From an uncultured Planctomycetota bacterium (GTDB taxonomy: Bacteria > Planctomycetota > UBA11346): a stretch of 64,000 nt of DNA. Location of the stretch: assembly GCA_903902515.1 (NCBI GenBank), contig CAIUVD010000069.1, forward strand, positions 11,475-75,474. The letters run 5' to 3'. Positions 18,220-26,893 of the stretch are shown here, piece by piece. A program made the translations under genes and the position numbers. The notes beneath the pieces were generated by a model that was given only the letters and a program-made list of their open reading frames with translations, did not search any database and was not told the origin of the DNA. How positions within the stretch are numbered: the stretch's first letter is position 1; each line of letters opens with the position of its first letter.

Positions 18220-19092
18220 ATGCGCTTCACCAAGATGCACGGCTGCGGCAACGACTACGTCTACCTCGACGCCTTCGAGGAAACCCTGCCCAAGGACCTG
18301 GCGGGGCTGGCTCGGCGGATCAGCGATCGGCACACCGGCGTCGGCGGCGATGGCATGATCGTCCTCGCCCCACCGACCCCGGCGGCTCGGAAGAAGGGGG
18401 CCCAGGCCCGGATGCGGATGTTCAATGCCGACGGCAGCCAGAGCGAGATGTGCGGCAATGGCATCCGTTGCCTGGCCAAGTTGGCCCATGACCACGGGCG
18501 GATCGAGGGCCGGCAGCAGGTCATCGAAACCGGGGCCGGGTTGTTGACCGTGGATCTGGTCATTAAGCGCGGCTCGGTGGTCGGGGCCAGCGTGCTGATG
18601 GGTCGGCCCCGTCTGGAGCCCGCCGCCGTGCCGGTGAAGCACCCCGGCCCTGGGCCCCGGCTGCCCCTGACCCTGCGGGTCGGTGGCCACACCTGCAAAC
18701 TCCTGGCGGTCGGCATGGGCAATCCCCACGCCGTGTGTTTCGTCGAGGATCCGGACCACTACCCGGTGACGGAAGTGGGGCCCCTGATCGAGCACGACGA
18801 GGCCTTTCCCCGCCGGACCAATGTCGAGTTCGTGTGCCGCTTGGCCGACGAAAAGGGCCTGCCGGTCCTGCGGCAGCGGACCTGGGAACGCGGCAGCGGC
18901 GAAACCCTGGCCTGCGGCACGGGTTCCTGCGCCACCGTCGTGGCCGCGATCCTGACCAAGAAAATCGAGGGCCGCGAAGCCATCGTCCGCCTGTCCGGCG
19001 GCGACCTGCGGATCGCCTGGCCCGCCGATGACCAGTCCGTGCGTATGACCGGCCCGGCGGTCACGGTGTTTACCGGCACCTGGGACGCATGA
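18220..19092 (+). CDS. dapF: Diaminopimelate epimerase
   Basis: MRFTKMHGCGNDYVYLD, MFNADGSQSEMCGNGIRC and the second catalytic Cys region ERGSGETLACGTGSCA. Confidence 0.95.
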   Translation: MRFTKMHGCGNDYVYLDAFEETLPKDLAGLARRISDRHTGVGGDGMIVLAPPTPAARKKGAQARMRMFNADGSQSEMCGNGIRCLAKLAHDHGRIEGRQQVIETGAGLLTVDLVIKRGSVVGASVLMGRPRLEPAAVPVKHPGPGPRLPLTLRVGGHTCKLLAVGMGNPHAVCFVEDPDHYPVTEVGPLIEHDEAFPRRTNVEFVCRLADEKGLPVLRQRTWERGSGETLACGTGSCATVVAAILTKKIEGREAIVRLSGGDLRIAWPADDQSVRMTGPAVTVFTGTWDA

Positions 19093-19727
19093 CCCGGGGT
19101 GACCTGCTCAAGCGCGTGGCCCTCCTGCCCTTGATCATCGGGGCTGGGGTGGCGGGGGCCTATGTTGGTGTCCAGGGCCGCCCGGCCCCCGGGCCCCGGG
19201 TTGCCGATGCCCTGGTGCCCCTGGCCGAAGTGGCCACTGCCCGGGTGGAACTGCGCTCGATTCAGCGGGGAACCAGCGAGGAACATGGTTTGGTGTCCCG
19301 CAATCGGGACGAGGTGCTGATTGCCGTGGTGGTCGGTGGCGACCTCGGCATTCCCCTCGGTGACCTGACGCCGGATCGTTGGGAGGTCCGCGAGGGCGTC
19401 CTGCACATCCGGCTGCCCGCCCCGCGCCTGTTGGCCCCGGGCCTGGCGGTGGATCCGGTCCAGACCCGGGAACTGGAGACCCGCACCACCCGCTGGGAAT
19501 GGACCCGCCGCTTCAGCGATCCCGGCCCCGGCGAGGCGGCGGCCCGCTCCGCCGCCCTGGCCCGGGCGGTGGCCGAGGCCCCGGCGGTGTTCAAACGCTT
19601 GGGCCTGGAGGAGGACCTGCGGGAGACCACCCGCAAGGCCGTGACCAGCCTCCTGCCGCGTCTGCTAGGCCGCCCGGGTCTGCCGGTGGTGGTGGCGTTT
19701 GATGACGATCCCCGGGGGAACGGCTAA
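19089..19727 (+). CDS. DUF4230-like membrane-anchored hypothetical protein
   Basis: N-terminal TM helix. Overall pattern resembles DUF4230. ATGA overlap with dapF. Confidence 0.5.
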   Translation: MTRGDLLKRVALLPLIIGAGVAGAYVGVQGRPAPGPRVADALVPLAEVATARVELRSIQRGTSEEHGLVSRNRDEVLIAVVVGGDLGIPLGDLTPDRWEVREGVLHIRLPAPRLLAPGLAVDPVQTRELETRTTRWEWTRRFSDPGPGEAAARSAALARAVAEAPAVFKRLGLEEDLRETTRKAVTSLLPRLLGRPGLPVVVAFDDDPRGNG

Positions 19728-20278
19728 TGCGCCCCTGGCAATTCCTGGTTGCCCTGGCCCTGGCCTTCGGCGGTGGCTGGTGGCTGGTGCGACCATCGCC
19801 CACCGAGGTCACCGCCACCACCCTGTCCTGGGGCGTGCAGGATCTTCAGGCCATCGGCCACCTTCGCCTGCTGGCGGCCCGCATCAGCGTGTTTGAGAAG
19901 ACCGAGGGTCTTGACCCCCGGCGGCGCTACGCCGGAGTGATCCCCGTGTCCTTGGTCCTGGGCATCGACCTCGCTGGGGCCCGCCTGGTGGAGGAGGCTG
20001 GCCAACGTCGCCTAGTCCTGCCACCCGTGCGGGTGCTGCGGCGGGCCATCGATCCGGATCCCGCGGCCCGCTTCGACTGGGATGCGGCGGGGGACCAGCA
20101 CCTGCCGGGGGACTCCATCAGCCTGCCCCACCTGGCGGAACTTCAGGGCCTGCGGAGTGCCGAGCAGGAGGCCGAGCGCCTGGGCCTGTTCACCAAGTCC
20201 AAGGCCCGGGCCGAGACCCTGGTCAAGGCGTGGCTACGCGCCGGTGGCATGGCCGATGTGGCCGTCGCCTGGCGTTAA
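19727..20278 (+). CDS. Hypothetical membrane-anchored protein (DUF4230-like paralog)
   Basis: N-terminal TM helix MRPWQFLVALALAFGGGWWLV. TAATG overlap with the previous gene. Confidence 0.45.
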   Translation: MRPWQFLVALALAFGGGWWLVRPSPTEVTATTLSWGVQDLQAIGHLRLLAARISVFEKTEGLDPRRRYAGVIPVSLVLGIDLAGARLVEEAGQRRLVLPPVRVLRRAIDPDPAARFDWDAAGDQHLPGDSISLPHLAELQGLRSAEQEAERLGLFTKSKARAETLVKAWLRAGGMADVAVAWR

Positions 20279-20293
20279 GCCGGTGAACCCTCC

Positions 20294-22099
20294 ATGACGG
20301 ATCTTCCGCCCCTTCTGACCCCCATTTCCGACCGCTTGCGAGCCACCAGCCGGGGGGTGGCGCCCCTGCGGCGGCTACTGGCCTTGGTCCGCGTCGAACG
20401 TCGGCGGTTCGCCGTCGCCACGGCGTGGCAGGTTGCCCAATCCCTGGCGGCTCTGCCCTTCGCGGCTTCGGTGCAGTTCCTGTTCGACCACCTGATCCCC
20501 ATGGCCCAGCAGGACCGGGTGTGGTGGCCCCTGGCGGCCTACGCCGTGGCCTTGCTGGTGCTGTGGCCCTGCCAGGGCTGGGTGGCGGTGCGGGCCTATG
20601 CGGCGGCTGGTCTCCTCAACCGCGTCACCGTGGCCCGCCTGCGGCGCATCGTGGTCGATCAGCTGCAGCGGTTGTCGTTGTCCTATTACGCGCGACGCGG
20701 CGCGGGGACGGTGGCCAATCAACTGACCGTCGACATGGGCCGGGTTGAGGGCTTCCTCGGCACGGTTGGCAATGGCTTCGTGCCCAACCTGACCCTCGGC
20801 CTCGGGGCCACGGCGTGGCTGCTGTACACCAACCCGGTGCTGGCGGCGGTGGCCTTCCTCGGGGTGCCAGCCCAGGCGTGGATCCTCCGCCGCATGCAGG
20901 ACCGCCTGGCGGCCCACCAACGCAACGTCCAGCAGGCCGGCGAAGACTTCGCCAGCCGGATCGTCGAGTTCATCAGCGGCATGCGGGTGGCGAAGGGCCT
21001 GGGTACCGAAGACCTGGCGGCCGCTGACCTGGGCCGCTCCATCGAGCGGATCCGCGATGTCGGGATGGAAGCGGCCCTCACTAGCCGCTGGATGAGTCTG
21101 TGGGTCCAGTACGCGTGGTTCGCCAGCAGCACCCTCATCTACACCGTCGGAGCCCTGGGCATCGCCGGGTTCCTCGGGGTCGAGTTTACCGTCGGTCAGG
21201 TGGTGGCCTTCGTCGCCCTGTTCGGCTACGTCCAGGCCGGGGCCGGGGCCGTGACCGGGTTTGTCGATTCCTGGAATGCGGCCCGCCCAGCGATGCTCAA
21301 ATTGGTGGAGGTTCTCGACAGCGACGAGCTGGAGGACTACCTCAGCCCCAAGGCCCCGGTGCGCCTGGAGGGCGGGCTGTCCTTCCGCGCCGTGTCCTTC
21401 CGCTATCCGGGGACCGGCGTCGACGCCCTCACGGACCTGACCCTCGACATTCCCCCGGGCCAGACCATCGGCCTGGTGGGGGAGACCGGGGCCGGCAAAA
21501 GCACCTTCCTCGACCTCGTGCTGGGTTTTCACAAGCCGACCGCCGGGGTCATGACCTATGACGGCAAATCCCTGGCCGACATCGGTCAGCGGCAGTTGCG
21601 CCGCCAATCGGCGGTCATGACGCAGGAGGCCTTCCTGTGGAACACGACCATCAACGAGAACATCCGCCTCGGCCGCCCCGGCGCGAGCGATGCCGAGGTC
21701 ATCGCCGCCGCCGTGAAGGCCCAGGCCCACGACTTCATCAGCCGCTCTGAGCACGGCTACCACACCTCCTGCGGCGAGCGCGGCGGCAAACTCTCGGGCG
21801 GTCAGCGCCAGCGCATCGCCCTGGCTCGGGTCTTCCTGCGCGACCCCCGGCTGGTGGTCCTGGATGAGCCGACCAGCGCCCTGGACCTCGAAACTGAAGC
21901 CAAATTGCAGGAGAAACTCGAAGAACTGTGCGCCGGTCGCACAACCTTCATCGTCGCCCACCGCCTCTCGACCCTCCGCCACGTCGACCGCATCCTGGTC
22001 TTCCGCCAGGGTCGGATCGCCGAGGACGGGGCCCCGGCGGACCTGTTACAACGGGAGGACGGGCTGTTTCGCCGGCTCCACGACCTCCAGGGGTCGTGA
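20294..22099 (+). CDS. ABC exporter, fused permease/ATPase (MsbA-like lipid/multidrug exporter family)
   Basis: Six-TM N-terminal domain. Walker A GETGAGKST, signature LSGGQRQRIALARVF, Walker B LVVLDEPTSALD. Confidence 0.9.
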   Translation: MTDLPPLLTPISDRLRATSRGVAPLRRLLALVRVERRRFAVATAWQVAQSLAALPFAASVQFLFDHLIPMAQQDRVWWPLAAYAVALLVLWPCQGWVAVRAYAAAGLLNRVTVARLRRIVVDQLQRLSLSYYARRGAGTVANQLTVDMGRVEGFLGTVGNGFVPNLTLGLGATAWLLYTNPVLAAVAFLGVPAQAWILRRMQDRLAAHQRNVQQAGEDFASRIVEFISGMRVAKGLGTEDLAAADLGRSIERIRDVGMEAALTSRWMSLWVQYAWFASSTLIYTVGALGIAGFLGVEFTVGQVVAFVALFGYVQAGAGAVTGFVDSWNAARPAMLKLVEVLDSDELEDYLSPKAPVRLEGGLSFRAVSFRYPGTGVDALTDLTLDIPPGQTIGLVGETGAGKSTFLDLVLGFHKPTAGVMTYDGKSLADIGQRQLRRQSAVMTQEAFLWNTTINENIRLGRPGASDAEVIAAAVKAQAHDFISRSEHGYHTSCGERGGKLSGGQRQRIALARVFLRDPRLVVLDEPTSALDLETEAKLQEKLEELCAGRTTFIVAHRLSTLRHVDRILVFRQGRIAEDGAPADLLQREDGLFRRLHDLQGS

Positions 22100-22134
22100 T
22101 GGAGCAACAGGGGTCGCCCGTGCCACGGGGGTCC

Positions 22135-22917
22135 TCAGTCGTAGAACTCCGGATACCGCCGCAGGCGGGCGAAGGCCGTGGGGTCGTGGCCGGTGATGAC
22201 TTTAACGCCCTGATCCCGCAGGTGGCGCATCAGGTTGATGGAGTCGATGGCTTGGGAGGGGTTCTGAACCAGGCCGGGGAGGAGGTCTTCGTCGAGGATT
22301 TCCTCGGTGTAGGCCCCGTCGCCCGTTAGCAGGAAGCGGCCGTGATTCGGCAGGTCCACCAGCAGGGACTGGTGGCCGGGGGTGTGGCCGGGGGTCGGGA
22401 GGATCACCACTCGGCCGTCGCCGAAGAGGTCGCCGCGCGGGTCCTGGGGGCCGTTGAGGAGCACCCAGTCGAGGTCCGGTTTGTCGAAGTCGGCCCGGAT
22501 GTAGGCGCCCTTTTGGAAGAAGTCGGGGACGTAGGCGTAGCGCATCTCCTCCTTCTGGACGATGTAGCGGGCTTTGGGGAAATGGCCGACACCGCCGGCA
22601 TGGTCGAGGTGGAGGTGGGAGAGGATCACATGGGTGATGCGCTCGGCAGCGATCCCCGCCCAGGCCAACTGGCGGACCACGAAATCGTCCTCGGTCATCA
22701 GCGGATCATAGGCCCCGACGACCCCGGCGCCCCAGTGTTTCACCTTGTCCTGGGCGACTTCCAGGGCGTTGCCCGTGTCGTACAGGATCAGGCCCCGGGG
22801 ATGCTCGATGAGGAAGAACGGCACTGGGACCGTGAAATCCACGCCGACGTCCTTGCCCATGGTGAAGAGGTGTTTTTTGCTCTTGAGGGATCCGCATTGG
22901 AAGATCGTCAGTTTCAT
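22135..22917 (-). CDS. Metallo-beta-lactamase-fold lactonase (AHL-lactonase-like)
   Basis: HLHLDHAGG (HxHxDH) motif, GHTPGHQSL and the TGD/H downstream ligands. 260 aa starting MKLTIFQCG. The N-terminal 375 aa of tool ORF 22135..24042 is Arg/Pro-rich junk antisense to the alcohol dehydrogenase gene. Confidence 0.8.
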   Translation of the reverse strand: MKLTIFQCGSLKSKKHLFTMGKDVGVDFTVPVPFFLIEHPRGLILYDTGNALEVAQDKVKHWGAGVVGAYDPLMTEDDFVVRQLAWAGIAAERITHVILSHLHLDHAGGVGHFPKARYIVQKEEMRYAYVPDFFQKGAYIRADFDKPDLDWVLLNGPQDPRGDLFGDGRVVILPTPGHTPGHQSLLVDLPNHGRFLLTGDGAYTEEILDEDLLPGLVQNPSQAIDSINLMRHLRDQGVKVITGHDPTAFARLRRYPEFYD

Positions 22918-22973
22918 GCCGGCTCCGGTCCGGGACGGCGGGGCCGCCCGGTTGAAGTGATGGGTGAGGGGGG

Positions 22974-24095
22974 TCAGAGGATCGCGGCGTAGATGGCGGC
23001 GATCTGGTCGTGGTCGAGGGGCACGTAGTTGTTGCCGAGGAGCCGTTGCTGGGTGTTGATGACGGTTTTGGCGAACTCCGGGATCTGATCGCGGCGCATG
23101 CCGTAGTCGGTCAGGGATTTCTTCGGCAACAGGGCGTCGATCAGGTGTTCGAGGGTCAGCAGGGCGTCGAGGGGTGGGTTCCGGCCCAAGGATTTGGCGA
23201 TCAGTTTTTCGATGTGCCGGATCTTGCCGTCGGGCTTGATGCGTTTGTAGGCCCGCAGGACCGCGCACAGGCAGCGGGAATTGGCCTCGCCGTGGGGGAT
23301 ATGGAAGGTGCCGCTCAAGGGGTAGGAGATGGCGTGGACGGCCCCGACCCCGGTGTTGCCGAAGGCGATGCCGGCGTAATTGCTGCCCAGCAGCATCTCC
23401 CGGGCGATGGTCGGGATGGCGGCGGTCCGGCCGTTGTTGACGAAGTGCAGGAGGTTGTTGAGCAGCAGTTCGATGGCCCGGGTGCTGTACAGTTCTGGGT
23501 ACTCGTGGGAGCGCGGTGCCAGGTAGGATTCGATGGCATGGACGAGGGCGTCGATGCCGCTGGTGACGAAGGCGAACTCGGGCAGGCCGTGGAGGAGTTC
23601 GGGACAGACCACGGCCTCGTTGGCCAGCAGTTCCGGCACCGCGAGACCGATCTTGGTACCGAGGGACGGCACGGCGACGATGGAGATGTTGGTGACCTCG
23701 GAGCCGGTACCGCAGGTGGTGGGGATCAGGACCAGGGATTTCTCGCGGATTGCTGGCGCGGTTTTTTGGAAGATCGCCAGGGTCCGGCCGGATCGCTTGA
23801 GGGTCAGGATTTTGGCGATGTCGAGGACCGAACCGCCGCCAAGGCCGACCACCCGGTCGAAGTCCTGGCGGGCGGCGGCGTCCCACACGGCGTCGATCAT
23901 TTCGTCGGTCGGCTCCCCGGCCCCGAAGTCGTCGATGCAGATGACCCGGGTGGTGTCCGGGATTGCCCCCAGGCGGGCGGCCTGGAGGGCTTTGGCGGTG
24001 AGGATCACGTCCCGTGGTCCCAGGTCGGCCCCGGCCAGCCACTCCTGCCAGCGGTCATAGACGGTGATTTTCGGGGTGAGGGCGAAGGTCTTCAT
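22974..24095 (-). CDS. Iron-containing alcohol dehydrogenase (4-hydroxybutyrate dehydrogenase-like)
   Basis: GGGSVLDIAK glycine-rich NAD motif. Fe-ADH His cluster (AIESY...H, HAISYPLSGTFHIPHGEAN). Start at MKTFALT. Confidence 0.85.
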   Translation of the reverse strand: MKTFALTPKITVYDRWQEWLAGADLGPRDVILTAKALQAARLGAIPDTTRVICIDDFGAGEPTDEMIDAVWDAAARQDFDRVVGLGGGSVLDIAKILTLKRSGRTLAIFQKTAPAIREKSLVLIPTTCGTGSEVTNISIVAVPSLGTKIGLAVPELLANEAVVCPELLHGLPEFAFVTSGIDALVHAIESYLAPRSHEYPELYSTRAIELLLNNLLHFVNNGRTAAIPTIAREMLLGSNYAGIAFGNTGVGAVHAISYPLSGTFHIPHGEANSRCLCAVLRAYKRIKPDGKIRHIEKLIAKSLGRNPPLDALLTLEHLIDALLPKKSLTDYGMRRDQIPEFAKTVINTQQRLLGNNYVPLDHDQIAAIYAAIL

Positions 24096-24099
24096 GGCG

Positions 24100-25485
24100 T
24101 CAGCTCCAGATCTCAAGGTCGGAGGCGGCGGGCTTGTTGATGATGCCCGCGACCCGGGACACATTCATCAGGTGCTTGAAGTCGAGGTTCTCGGAAATCG
24201 AGTTATTGCCCCACGAGCCGCAGCCGAGGGTGGTGGTCGGAGCCAAGCCGTTGGTCAGGGAGCCGCCGGCGGTGGTCGCGCAGGGCTGGTTGACCACCAG
24301 GCGGCTGACCGGCAGTTCGACCCCGGCGTAGGCGATGTGGACTTGGTTCTGGCTGTGGATGCCGGCGGTGTGGCCCGCGCCCTCCATCACCAAGTTTTCC
24401 TTCGCCTTCTCGACGGCGTCCTCGAAGGAGCCGTAGGCCATGATGGCGATCACCGGGCAGAGTTTCTCCTTGGCCAAAACATCCTGGTGGCCGGCACCCC
24501 GGGCCTGGAGGACCACCAGCCGGGTGGTCTCGGGAATGTCGAGCCCGACCAGGGCCCCGATGTGGCGGCACGACTTGCCGACCACGTCCTTGTTGAGGGC
24601 GCCGTTGGGGAACAGCAGGGAACGGAAGACCTCGGTGGTCTCGCCGTCCTCGGTATACCACACCCGGGGCATGGCCTTGAGGATGGCGACGGCCTCGGCC
24701 ATTTTTTCCTCGGGGATGAGGATGAACTGCTCGTGGGAGCAGATGATGCCGTTGTCGAAGGAGGCGCCGATCTCGATTTTGCGCAGGGCATCGGCGAGGT
24801 CCGCGTCGCGGTCGATGATCACCGGCACATTGCCGGCTCCGACTCCGAGGGACGGCCGACCGCTGGAGTAGGCCGACTTGACCATCGCCCCGCCCCCCGT
24901 GGCCACCACCACGTCCACCTGCTTCATCAGGTCCTGGGTGGTGGCGAGGGTGCCGTTGGTCACCACCTGCACGAGGTGTCGGGGCCCGCCATGGCGGACG
25001 ATGATCTCCTGGAAGGCGGCCGTCAGGTGCTCGGCGCACTTCTGGGCCTTGGGGTGGGAGGCGAAAATAATCGCGTTGCCCGCCTTGATGGCGAACATCG
25101 CGTTGCACATCGGGGTGACGATGGGATTCGTGATCGGGGTCACGGCGCCGACCACCCCCATCGGTTTGGCGATGTAGACCAGGGCCTTCTTCGGATCCTC
25201 GTCGATCACCCCCCGGGACTTCTTGCCCTTGAGGCTGTTCCAAATGGCCCGGGACTTACCGATTTTCTTGAGGACCTTGTCCTCGACGTTCCCGAGGCCG
25301 GTTTCCTGGCAGGCCATCTCAGACAGGGGTCGGGCGTGGTCATAGACGTACTTGCCGATGTCGCGGACGATGGCGTCCACCACCTCTTGCGAAGCACTCT
25401 CGAATTCGGCCTGGGCATACCTCGCCTTTGCCACCAGGGAGGAAACGAGGTCGTGGTGATGGGGGGGTGCAGGGGTGTGGGTCAT
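24100..25485 (-). CDS. CoA-acylating aldehyde dehydrogenase (succinate-semialdehyde dehydrogenase SucD / PduP / EutE family)
   Basis: ALDH fold with catalytic Cys region (FDNGIICSHEQ). Lacks the classic ALDH Glu motif, as in CoA-acylating ALDHs. Length ~460 aa. Adjacent to an Fe-ADH, as in sucD-4hbD gene pairs. Confidence 0.8.
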   Translation of the reverse strand: MTHTPAPPHHHDLVSSLVAKARYAQAEFESASQEVVDAIVRDIGKYVYDHARPLSEMACQETGLGNVEDKVLKKIGKSRAIWNSLKGKKSRGVIDEDPKKALVYIAKPMGVVGAVTPITNPIVTPMCNAMFAIKAGNAIIFASHPKAQKCAEHLTAAFQEIIVRHGGPRHLVQVVTNGTLATTQDLMKQVDVVVATGGGAMVKSAYSSGRPSLGVGAGNVPVIIDRDADLADALRKIEIGASFDNGIICSHEQFILIPEEKMAEAVAILKAMPRVWYTEDGETTEVFRSLLFPNGALNKDVVGKSCRHIGALVGLDIPETTRLVVLQARGAGHQDVLAKEKLCPVIAIMAYGSFEDAVEKAKENLVMEGAGHTAGIHSQNQVHIAYAGVELPVSRLVVNQPCATTAGGSLTNGLAPTTTLGCGSWGNNSISENLDFKHLMNVSRVAGIINKPAASDLEIWS

Positions 25486-25789
25486 GATTTTGGGGAGTTT
25501 TGCCACCAACGCCGACTCTCTACAAGATAACAAGATAAGAATGCCCGATTAATGAAAGTGCATGTTCACCATCCCGATTGAACATGGAAAATAGTGCAGA
25601 AACATTCAGGAAACACGCATGAGTGGCCCGTGGCGTGATCGCTTTTGATGGGCGGCGTTGGGCTCCTACCGGCCTGGAATCCATGAAAACCCGGGAGCTA
25701 TACCCGTTGTAATCCCTTGTCTTATCAAGATTATTCTGTAAAAGTATGCTGCGTTGCAGTCCTCGACTTGTCCCCCCAAAGGCGTCCTC
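25486..25789. promoter_or_regulatory. AT-rich divergent control region between the aldehyde dehydrogenase operon and LacI
   Basis: Markedly lower GC than flanks. Inverted repeat CATGTTCA-N10-TGAACATG (~25552-25577). Repeated CAAGATAA / CTTATCAAGATTA elements near both ends. Confidence 0.5.
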
Positions 25790-26842
25790 ATGACCTCGAT
25801 TACTGTGGTTGCCAAGGCGGCTGGCGTGTCCATCGCCACCGTGTCTCGGGTTATCAACCACCTGCCCCAGGTGGCTCCAGATACCGCCGCGGCGGTCCAC
25901 CGGGCCATGGAAGAGGTTGGCTACCGGCCTAATCGGATGTCCCATCGTCGGGCCCGGGATGCGGCGCCCCAGTCTTGGCCAGCGGGGGTGCGTCACGGCA
26001 GCGTCGCCATCCTGTTTCCCGACACCCGGGAGGAGGCCCTGCGGACCGCCCTCAGCGGCCGGTTGGTCCATGGGGTGAATACCGCCCTGTCCCCGGTCGG
26101 CATGACCATCGTCAGCACCCCCCTGACCTATGATGGCGGACTGCCGTCGATGGTCGCCAGCGGGGCGGTGGATGGTCTAATTGTGCGGACGACGGTCCCC
26201 GTGGCCCACTTGGTCGCGGCCATTCCCCCGATGCCCATCGTGTGGCTCCTGGAACTTACCGAATCCTACCTGCCTCGGGGCGATCAGGTGTTAGAGGATA
26301 CCGCCGCCATCGGGCGTCTGGCGGCCCGACAGTTGCTGGCCCGGGGTCACCGCCGCCTGGCGATCCTCAATCACGAGCCCGCCCATCCCAGCTACCAACG
26401 TCGCACGCGGGCGTTCCTTGCCGAGGCCCAGGCCGCCGGAGCCCAGGTCGACGTCCTGGAACCCCCTTCGGCTATCAGCCCCGAGGAGATACCGACCCTG
26501 GTTCAGCGGTTCCGCGATCTGCCGGATCGGCCCACGGGCATGTTGCTGCCGGTCAGTGACGCCGGATTGGTGATCTTCCACCGGGCGCTCATCGACCTTG
26601 GCCTGCGCTCGGGCACGGATCTGGAGATCGTGGCCTGTGCCAATGACCTGTTCTTGCCCGAGGCCCTGGGCCACGGCCTGTTCAACATCAATATCCATCC
26701 CGAAGCCATCGCCCAGGCCGCCGGCGACCTGTTGCTGTGGCGCCTTGCCAACCTCGACGCTCCCCGGCGCCGGGTGCTGATCGAGCCGTCCCTCGACCTG
26801 ACGGCGGCCGGGGACGCCCGCAAGAAGCCCTGGGCGACGTAA
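25790..26842 (+). CDS. LacI-family transcriptional regulator
   Basis: N-terminal HTH MTSITVVAKAAGVSIATVSRVINH. Periplasmic-binding-fold effector domain. Divergent from the catabolic cassette. Confidence 0.9.
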   Translation: MTSITVVAKAAGVSIATVSRVINHLPQVAPDTAAAVHRAMEEVGYRPNRMSHRRARDAAPQSWPAGVRHGSVAILFPDTREEALRTALSGRLVHGVNTALSPVGMTIVSTPLTYDGGLPSMVASGAVDGLIVRTTVPVAHLVAAIPPMPIVWLLELTESYLPRGDQVLEDTAAIGRLAARQLLARGHRRLAILNHEPAHPSYQRRTRAFLAEAQAAGAQVDVLEPPSAISPEEIPTLVQRFRDLPDRPTGMLLPVSDAGLVIFHRALIDLGLRSGTDLEIVACANDLFLPEALGHGLFNINIHPEAIAQAAGDLLLWRLANLDAPRRRVLIEPSLDLTAAGDARKKPWAT

Positions 26843-26893
26843 CCCCGTCGCCCCCCCCTTGCGGCGGCTGGCAGCCGCCATCATCCCCAGCCC

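Noticed and set aside
22918-24042. N-terminal 375 aa of tool ORF 22135..24042
   Set aside because: Arg/Pro/Gly-rich junk antisense to the Fe-ADH gene. The lactonase domain starts cleanly at MKLTIFQCG (22917) with an appropriate length for the MBL fold.
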